46,302 nt of DNA, taken from Reclinomonas americana ATCC 50394. Taxonomy: Eukaryota. Position numbers and translations under genes: made by a program. The notes beneath the pieces are model-generated. The model searched no databases. It was not told where the DNA came from and saw nothing but the letters and a program-made list of their open reading frames with translations. The stretch spans positions 176,848 to 223,149 of the forward strand of contig PS015360.1 of the NCBI GenBank assembly GCA_048213135.1. Direction: 5' to 3'. This document shows positions 36,921 through 46,302 of this stretch, piece by piece (within the stretch, counting starts at the first letter, position 1; every line of letters starts with the position of its first letter).

Positions 36921-38135
36921 TCACCCTTGTAAAGTTCTGCTGAACTTGGCCAGCACACGCGTTACTGCTGAGCCAGAGCGCTGCCGGTTGTCGATGGTGG
37001 GTCTCCGACGAGGGTCGGTACTGGCCGGTGCGCCGTCTTCAATTTCTTCCTCGTCGTCGCTCTCGACCAGCTCGCCAAACACGCCCTCGCCAATGTGACT
37101 GTCGACGTCGTCGTCGAGGTCGCTGAGGACGCGAGGTGGTGGCCGTCGGTTGTTGGCGTTGCTGGCGGTGGTTGCAGTCGCGGCCGAGGTGCTCTTGTTG
37201 GCGGTGCTGTTGGATCGAGTGGCGGCCTGCTTTGTGGATATTCTTCTCTGCTGCAGTTGGATCTGCTGCTCTTGCCGCTGCAGCGCCAACTCGCGCATCA
37301 TGGCCTCCTCACCGCGCCGCACCACCATGTCCTCCTCCTCGGCGTCGAGAAGCGTCGACAGGATGGCTTCCAGTGAGGCCTGTGGCTGCGATGAGAAGAA
37401 AGCACACTGCACGGAGATCGGACGCGACATTTACCATGGAGTGCAGAATGGGCAGATGGTTGCGCAGTCGACCAGCGGGTGTGACAAAGAACTGCAGCGC
37501 AGCGATCAGCAGTGTGTCACGAGAAACAACTCAAACAAGTCGTGAGGCATGCCTTGAAGTAGTTGTCGCCAACTCCCGTCCACGTACGCGGCTCCAATCG
37601 CTTCATGGCTGCATGCACCCACTTCCACACTGGATGGGCGTTCTGCATGCACCAAAGAAGCAGGTGAGCGGGTGAAGGATGGATCGAAGCACATCGATCG
37701 CCTTACCCAGCCGACGACTTCGCACTTTTGGAACACGGTGAACTTGACATCGCGCTCGGCCACTGCAAGCACAACGACAGGTTGAGCTCGTTGTGTCATC
37801 TCTCCACGTGCTTCACCAGGCGCCTCACCAAAGGCGGCCAGCTGCTGGTTCTCCAATGGCTCACTGTCTGCGTTTTTGCGACGATGATGCTCAGACGGAG
37901 AACGCGCAAGGCAACTGCAGCGGGGGGAAGGCACTCACCAAACGAGTTGCTGGGGAAGGCCAGGATCTCAAAGTTGCGCATCTTGGACAGCCTGTGTCGT
38001 ACCTGCGTGAGCACGAGGCAACTGGCGATCAACACTCACTCTCACTCAACTTCCAATACACATGCTGCAACTGTGCAAAGTTGACATCCACAGTGCCACA
38101 GGCCGAAGCCGTGTTCACAATCAGCAGTGACTTGC
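36921..38135 (-). CDS. Divergent Cys-type glutathione peroxidase family protein with a C-terminal extension (5' end in gap)
   Basis: GKSLLIVNTASACG (TGT at 38098-38100), FEILAFPSNSFDSEP, VKFTVFQKCEVVG, NAHPVWKWV, GDNYFKFFV. Confidence 0.8.
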
Positions 38136-38138
38136 CTG

Positions 38139-38174
<36 letters not shown>

Positions 38175-38225
38175 GGAGGGGGAGGGGGGAGGGGGGAGGG
38201 AGGAGAGAGAGAGAGAGAGACGACG

Positions 38226-38247
38226 ACGGTACGGTACGGTACGGTAC
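38226..38247. repeat. (CGGTA)n pentanucleotide repeat abutting a gap
   Basis: Directly visible. Confidence 0.8.
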
Positions 38248-38743
38248 NNNNNNNNNNNNNNNNNNNNNNNNNNNNNNNNNNNNNNNNNNNNNNNNNNNNN
38301 NNNNNNNNNNNNNNNNNNNNNNNNNNNNNNNNNNNNNNNNNNNNNNNNNNNNNNNNNNNNNNNNNNNNNNNNNNNNNNNNNNNNNNNNNNNNNNNNNNNN
38401 NNNNNNNNNNNNNNNNNNNNNNNNNNNNNNNNNNNNNNNNNNNNNNNNNNNNNNNNNNNNNNNNNNNNNNNNNNNNNNNNNNNNNNNNNNNNNNNNNNNN
38501 NNNNNNNNNNNNNNNNNNNNNNNNNNNNNNNNNNNNNNNNNNNNNNNNNNNNNNNNNNNNNNNNNNNNNNNNNNNNNNNNNNNNNNNNNNNNNNNNNNNN
38601 NNNNNNNNNNNNNNNNNNNNNNNNNNNNNNNNNNNNNNNNNNNNNNNNNNNNNNNNNNNNNNNNNNNNNNNNNNNNNNNNNNNNNNNNNNNNNNNNNNNN
38701 NNNNNNNNNNNNNNNNNNNNNNNNNNNNNNNNNNNNNNNNNNN

Positions 38744-39632
<889 letters not shown>

Positions 39633-40203
39633 GCCCGCAACAACAACAACACTCGTGAGTGAATGTGTTGTCGACTCGTCGACCTCGCAGCGCAGCAGTG
39701 GTCGCGCGCCACCACATCGTCGCGAGTACAAAGGAGACAGATGATGATGACGACGAAGAAGAGAGGCGTCCTCGTGTACTGCCAGAGTGAACACACTGAA
39801 CATTGTGTGCGTGTGACAACAACAGATAACGGTGACAAGTGGCCCACATAGCACGCGTGTCAAGTGTGTGTGTGCGCGTGTCAAGAAGCAACACGTGTGT
39901 GTGTGTGTCAGTCACGTGTTTTTTCTTACCATGGTGCTTGTGGTGTGAGAGGATCCCACATCGGCCATTTTTTGTGTGTGTGAGAGAGTTGAGGCCGCGC
40001 GCGTGCTTTTGTTGGTTCTCCGATGATTTTTCGTTTTTCGATGCGTCCTGTGAAGTTCAACGGTTTTGACGTCGAATGGTGCGGTGCCTTATTCTCAGGA
40101 GAAGCAGCGCGGTGTATAGATGTGCCTGTCGCTCTCTGTCAACGCCATTGCTTTCATTTTTAGTTAGAGTTCTCGTAAACGTTGACGCCTTTCTGCTTTC
40201 GCC

Positions 40204-41812
40204 TCAATTCTTGCCGTCGGTTGTCTCTCGGTGATGAAGCAGTGCCGCTCCATCATGGTCATCTCCTGGTGTCGGCGACGTGAACATTTGCGACTGGGCG
40301 ACCGGTGGAGCTGCGGCGGCGGCAGCAGCAGCGGCTGGGGTTTGAGGGTGGTAGTTGGTCGGCAGCGGTGGGTAGCCGTAGTATGCGGCGGCGGCAGCGG
40401 CCATGGCCGCGTGGTAGTGGTACGCAGCAGCAGGGTCTACGGGCTGCGACTGATAGCTGTACTCGCCGTCGGCACCGGCACCACCGCCACCGTACGGCAT
40501 GTGCGGTGGATAGCCTGGTGGCGGCTGGCCGTATGCACCAGGCGGTGGCATGGGATACGCACCGGGTGGTGGCATGGGGTACGCACCGGGTGGTGGCATG
40601 GGGTACGCACCGGGTGGTGGTGGCATGAGATACGAACCAGGTGGTGGAGGAGGTCCACCTGGGAACTGTGGTTGTGGTGGTGGTCGTCCAGGTGGGTTCT
40701 GACCGCCTTGGCCGGGCATGGGAGGCTTCTGCGGAGCCGACGATGGCGCCTGCTGCTGCCCATGGCCAGCTGGCTGTGCAGTGGCATTGCCGATTTCCAC
40801 CTCAATGTAACCAGTGCAGGCGATTTGCGTCTCAGTGTCAGGACCGACATCACGCATAAGCGTCTGCAGTACCAGGCGCATGCTGTGGTACAAGAGGATG
40901 AGTGCATTCTTCATATAGTCCCACTCGTTTGCGCGCTGCAGCGAGACGCAACTTGCGCGAACGCAGCTCGGCATTCTTGTACGTCAGGTACTGCTCAATG
41001 GCTGCTCGGCATGCATCGAAAATCTCGCGCACGCGGAAATGAAAGTGCTTGAACGTCCACGTCGGGCGGCGCTTGGTCTATGCGTGTGTGTGAGAGAGAG
41101 GGAGAGACAGATGAAGATGGCCGACGGCAACTCACATTGCCACCGCAAATGTTGCAGTACGTGCATGCGGCAACCAGGAAGCAGCAGCAGCAGCCAATGC
41201 ACCACCACATACTCTCCGTCGAGGTGCGGCAGTCGCGTGTGTCGTAGGTCCTGGGGTTGCCGAGAGCCGAGAGCAAAGTACATGAGAACAGAGGAGACGC
41301 ACAGAGGGGGCAAGGAGAACAGCAAACGCACCACTCGAGGAGCACAGGTGCGAGTTGTTCTTCGTAGGGCAAGCTGATGGCATTCAGTTCACGAACGACG
41401 GTGGCCTCGAGTTCCTCACTGCAACGCAGATGCAAGGGATGAGTGAGGGTGGCAGGCTGACGTGAAGACTGGGGGAGACGAACCGTGACATCTGCGACAA
41501 CGACGAGGAGGGAGAGTGAGTGTGAGAATGCGAACAAGCAGGAAAATGGTGGAGGAGAGCGGAAGTGCCAACAAGAAACTGACAGAGAAAGCCAAGGAGA
41601 AGAACGCGAGCGGCTGCTGGCAATACTTGCATGCATGAAACCAATGATGGCAGCCGGACAACATCGCGACATGCGGTCAACAACATGACACAGCAACAAT
41701 ATCAGATGTTCTCTCTCTCTCTCTCTCTGTGGCGTGCTTTTGACAGCAACACTGAGCACGATTTGTGCACTCACCAGCTGTTCACCCCACACTGGCCAGT
41801 CCAATACGAAAC
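40204..41812 (-). CDS. Cys-rich membrane-associated protein, possibly Erf4/Golgin-A7-like, with a Pro/Tyr-rich tail
   Basis: EELEATVVRELNAI..WWCIGCCCCFLVAAC..AIEQYLTYKNAEL..L..YIEVEI resembles the Erf4/GOLGA7 layout. Some splice sites are unresolved. A possible first exon lies near 42717, beyond the gap. Confidence 0.5.
40540..40650 (-). repeat. Coding 24-nt tandem repeat (PPPGAYPM, about 4 copies)
   Basis: Unit ggtggcatggggtacgcaccgggt is repeated on the plus strand. Confidence 0.85.
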
Positions 41813-43218
41813 CTGTGCACATCCATGCGTGTGTGAGTGAGTGAGCNNNNNNNNNNNNNNNNNNNNNNNNNNNNNNNNNNNNNNNNNNNNNNNNNNNNNN
41901 NNNNNNNNNNNNNNNNNNNNNNNNNNNNNNNNNNNNNNNNNNNNNNNNNNNNNNNNNNNNNNNNNNNNNNNNNNNNNNNNNNNNNNNNNNNNNNNNNNNN
42001 NNNNNNNNNNNNNNNNNNNNNNNNNNNNNNNNNNNNNNNNNNNNNNNNNNNNNNNNNNNNNNNNNNNNNNNNNNNNNNNNNNNNNNNNNNNNNNNNNNNN
42101 NNNNNNNNNNNNNNNNNNNNNNNNNNNNNNNNNNNNNNNNNNNNNNNNNNNNNNNNNNNNNNNNNNNNNNNNNNNNNNNNNNNNNNNNNNNNNNNNNNNN
42201 NNNNNNNNNNNNNNNNNNNNNNNNNNNNNNNNNNNNNNNNNNNNNNNNNNNNNNNNNNNNNNNNNNNNNNNNNNNNNNNNNNNNNNNNNNNNNNNNNNNN
42301 NNNNNNNNNNNNNNNNNNNNNNNNNNNNNNNNNNNNNNNNNNNNNNNNNNNNNNNNNNNNNNNNNNNNNNNNNNNNNNNNNNNNNNNNNNNNNNNNNNNN
42401 NNNNNNNNNNNNNNNNNNNNNNNNNNNNNNNNNNNNNNNNNNNNNNNNNNNNNNNNNNNNNNNNNNNNNNNNNNNNNNNNNNNNNNNNNNNNNNNNNNNN
42501 NNNNNNNNNNNNNNNNNNNNNNNNNNNNNNNNNNNNNNNNNNNNNNNNNNNNNNNNNNNNNNNNNNNNNNNNNNNNNNNNNNNNNNNNNNNNNNNNNNNN
42601 NNNNNNNNNNNNNNNNNNACACACACACACGTACACCCATCCTTCCCTTAACCGCCTCTCGCGCTGCCGCCCCCACCCCGTTTCGTGTGGTTCCCGCGCC
42701 TGTACCATATACCGCATGGTGTTTTTGTTGTCCAAGTCGAGTGGAGGAGATGGCGGTGGCAGACGGTCGCAGTAAGTGGAGGGGTGGAGGGAGGGAGGAG
42801 AGAGATGTGGGGGTTGTGCGTTGTTGTTTATTCTCCTGCTGCTGTTGTACAGCTGAGCAGCAGTGATGAGCGCGCTTGTTTTCCCCCCTCTCCCTCTCCC
42901 TCTCCCTCTCTCTCCTCTCCCTGCTGTCGCCGCTGCTGCTGTCCCTTTCCCTCCCTCGCGTTTCTCAAAAAAAGAAAAAATAACTTGAGAAAAAAGAAAA
43001 AAAGGACATGAGAAAAAGTGCAAAAAAACAAAATAAGAAGCACACAAAGAAAAATGAAACAATAATAATGATGTACACTACAATCTTCCCTCTTCCGTCT
43101 TCACTTTTAAAGAAAAGAAAACAAAGAAATCGACAATACTACCACCCAAGACAAATGCCAATGCAAAATCAGCGCGAGCGATATCCAATCACTCATTCAT
43201 CGCTCTCCTCCATCATCC

Positions 43219-46200
43219 ATGCTCGGCATCGACCTCGGCACTGCCAACCTGCGTGTGTATGTGGCCACACGAGGGCAGTTGCCGGTGGCTGTCATGAGCG
43301 AGCGAGTTGCGTCGTCAGTTGCACCACACATGGTGTGCGATTTCGCTCACTCATCGTGACAGGGCCACACGGTGATCCCGGCCGTGGTGGGCTTCCCCGC
43401 CGACGATCGCAGTCACATCTTTGTGGGAGACGCAGCACTGAAACACGCCTTGGAGCACCCAAAGGTGTGCGAAACCCACGAGCACAGGCAGTTGTCTCTC
43501 TCTCTCCGTGTGTGCTCACCTTCTCCGTGTGCGTGTAGGATGCGGTGCACTCGGTGGTGCGGCTCGTGTCGATGATGTGTGTGGCACCACCGACGGGCAA
43601 GGCGTATCCGACCAAGTGGGCCGAGTTTGAGGTGGTGCCCGAGCACCGCGCTGTGCGCATTCACGGATTGTTGTACCCGATGGATGTGCTGCTGGCCAAC
43701 ATGCTGCGCTACTGCCGAAGACTGGCGTCGATGCAGCTGCGCGTCGACGAGAGTAGTCTCGAGCGTGCAGTGTGCACCGTGCCGGTGGAGTTCTCGTGGC
43801 ATCAGCGACAGGTGGTGCGTNNNNNNNNNNNNNNNNNNNNNNNNNNNNNNNNNNNNNNNNNNNNNNNNNNNNNNNNNNNNNNNNNNNNNNNNNNNNNNNN
43901 NNNNNNNNNNNNNNNNNNNNNNNNNNNNNNNNNNNNNNNNNNNNNNNNNNNNNNNNNNNNNNNNNNNNNNNNNNNNNNNNNNNNNNNNNNNNNNNNNNNN
44001 NNNNNNNNNNNNNNNNNNNNNNNNNNNNNNNNNNNNNNNNNNNNNNNNNNNNNNNNNNNNNNNNNNNNNNNNNNNNNNNNNNNNNNNNNNNNNNNTTCTT
44101 CGTTTCTTCTTCTGTCTTCTTCTTCTTCTTCTCCTCCCCCTCCTCCTCCTCCCCCTCCTCCTCCTCCCCCTCCTCCTCCTCCTCCTCCTCATTCTCCTTA
44201 TCCTTCATCTTAACCATTGTCATTCGCCGCCGGCAGTTGTGCGACCAGGTGGGCTTGTCGAGGGATGCGATCGACGACCTGATGCTCATGGGAGGCGGAA
44301 GCGAGTCGCCGCTTGTGTGTGATCTTGTTGCGGGAGCGAAGCATCTGCGCAACGCCAAGCGCGACTACAGCGTACCCTTTGACAGCATGCACGCGGCCGC
44401 GTACGGCAGCGCGCTGCTAGGCTGCCACTTGACCAGTCAGCCGCTGCCTGTGAAGACAAGTGTGCGTGCAGCGTCTTGTGTATTCTCTTACTTTTCGTGT
44501 CGCGTCGTGCGCTCATCACCGTCTGTGGGGCAGTTGCACGTCCAACTGAGGGAACTCATTCCGCACCCGCTGACCGCGCAAATCTCCGCCGGTCGTCACA
44601 GTGTGTCGCACGTGATCATTTCGGCAAACGCCGAACTGGCCGCGCGCAACAGCGTGACGCTGTCGGTGCCGCCCGATGCACACATTCCTGTGGCAGTCCG
44701 GCTGTTGGAGAACATTGACAATCGGCTCACCACGAAACCCATTCCGCCAGTGCCAATCGCCGCGCTCGCACTCAGTCACACCCGCGAACCGCCGTTTGAT
44801 GTTATTGTTGCGTGCTGCGTTGAGAACAGCATGTGCGTGTGTGTGTGTCTGTCTGTCACCCACATGATGCACAGATTGAGGTGGAGTTCGACACCGACGG
44901 CCACATTGTGCTGCGCATCACGGATGTCGGTGTGCCTGGTCAGACGGTGGATGGCGTGGTGGGCGAGTTGCCGTTTGACGTCAACATGGCGCGCCGTCGC
45001 TCCGAAGGTGCACCCGCAACACCGACCCTTGTCGGCGGCCCACTTCCCGAGATTCGTTTGCCTGCACTGCCGTTTGTGCCGGAGTTGCCCGTGCCTCTGG
45101 CATCTGCGCCAGAAGCTGCGCAACCATCACAACCACAGCCACAGCCACCATCACAAGTACCGCCTCCAGCACCGACAACTGTTGCGGCGCAACCAACAGC
45201 ACCGTCGCCACAACCGCCCACAGCACCGCTAGTCGCCGCCGTTGCGGCCGAGGCGGCGGTGCAACCGACCGCGGCGCCACAGCCGCAGACGCAGACGCAA
45301 CCGCCGTCCACGGCCGCCGTCAAGACTGCAGCGGCACCACCGCCGGCGGGCGGAACCAGTGATGATGGTGCTGGCGTACTGCGCAAGCGTGGTCGTCTGT
45401 CTTCTCGTGCCCCGTCCGACACGCCTGTGGTCCCGCCTACTGGAAAAGGTGCAGCTGTGCCACCCATCTCTACTGCACTGTCGCCGACGGCACCGACGCG
45501 GCCGATTCGGTCCACCGCGATTCCAGCATTCTCCTCTTTCGTCTCTCAGAAGACAGCACCTCCACCTCCGCCGCCACCGCCACCACCACCTCCACCTCCA
45601 CCGCCGCCACCGCCTCCACCACCAGTGGCCAGACAGCTTGCTCGACCGCCAGTAGCAGTGGTGCCGGACGTCGATGCTGCCGGGGGGTCGGCACAGCTGG
45701 AAGATGCCGAATCGCGTGGCGACCTCGATACGTCGCAGCTGGCGTCCGTGGTGGATGAGGCTGCCAGCGAAGCGATGCCAGCTGCCGCGGTCGCCAGTGC
45801 ACCAGCTAGCGTCGAGGTGGACAGCATGGTGTGTTTTGCTTATGTTTGTTTCGTGCATCTTGTTGATGTTGACACTTAATTGTGCTGCAGACACCTGGCC
45901 TGCTTGCAGCAACTGTCATGGTGCCGCCAGCCGAGGATCCTGCACGTCAAGAGCAGCAGGCACGACAGGCGGAGATTGCGGCTGGAGTGGCGCAGACTGA
46001 TGAAACCACGCTGCCGCAGATTGCCGTCGAGCCGATTTCAGTACGTGGCTTGGCATTTCCCTTCTTCTATTTGGTACCCACGATGATGCTGAATACTGCG
46101 TGCATCTTCTCTCCATGCGCAGTACCGACGTCCAGTTCGCTTCATCTCGCTGCGTCTTCCGAAACGCCCGAAGCACGGCGCTGGCGGCGACCTCAAGACA

Positions 46201-46302
46201 GCCACCGGCCTGGACACGTTCACGTCGAGCTACATTGATGCCTCGCAGATCGATGCGACTGTGCGCGAGCAGAGTGATGATGACGACGACGATGAGGATA
46301 AC
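43219..46302 (+). CDS. Atypical Hsp70-family protein with a long Pro-rich extension (partial; gap inside, 3' end beyond window)
   Basis: MLGIDLGTAN, SERGHTVIPAVVGF, FVGDAA, AVCTVPVEFSWHQRQ, IDDLMLMGGGSESPLV, AAAYGSAL, IEVEFDTDGHIVLRITD. Confidence 0.85.
44096..44190. repeat. (CTT/CCT)n pyrimidine tract, intronic
   Basis: Directly visible next to a gap and upstream of the acceptor near 44236. Confidence 0.85.

Noticed and set aside
38098-38100. Selenocysteine or a recoded stop in GPx, or a non-standard genetic code
   Set aside because: The codon is TGT, and in-frame stops in the genes I checked are removed by ordinary introns.

Overview
Gene-dense, intron-rich eukaryotic scaffold, probably a protist (taxon not assignable from this window). 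Introns are mostly 50-100 nt, intergenic gaps are often about 100 nt, and there are many N gaps. I hand-spliced about ten genes: (1) the 5' exon of an N-acylated MGCCQSK protein; (2) a 16-kb gene for a signal-peptide / PMP-like beta-helix repeat / multi-TM surface protein built from about 35 two-exon repeat modules; (3) an RI-type LRR + pseudokinase; (4) a bacterial-type alpha-2-macroglobulin (A2M) with an intact CTEQ thioester; (5) a YjjX-type ITP/XTPase; (6) CHERP; (7) a divergent glutathione peroxidase; (8) Rab6; (9) a possible Erf4/Golgin-A7-like protein; (10) an atypical Hsp70 with a poly-Pro tail. The standout is the A2M. Its bait-region position holds a ubiquitin-like domain followed by a Ykt6/VAMP-like R-SNARE motif, and the putative N-terminus is Ubl-like with no signal peptide. 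This suggests a cytosolic protease trap with integrated decoys (inference). Also notable are a recurrent shifted splice donor GTTGCGT and two A2M-coding contigs that lie inverted, most likely a scaffolding error. All family calls come from motif recognition by eye; no searches were run.
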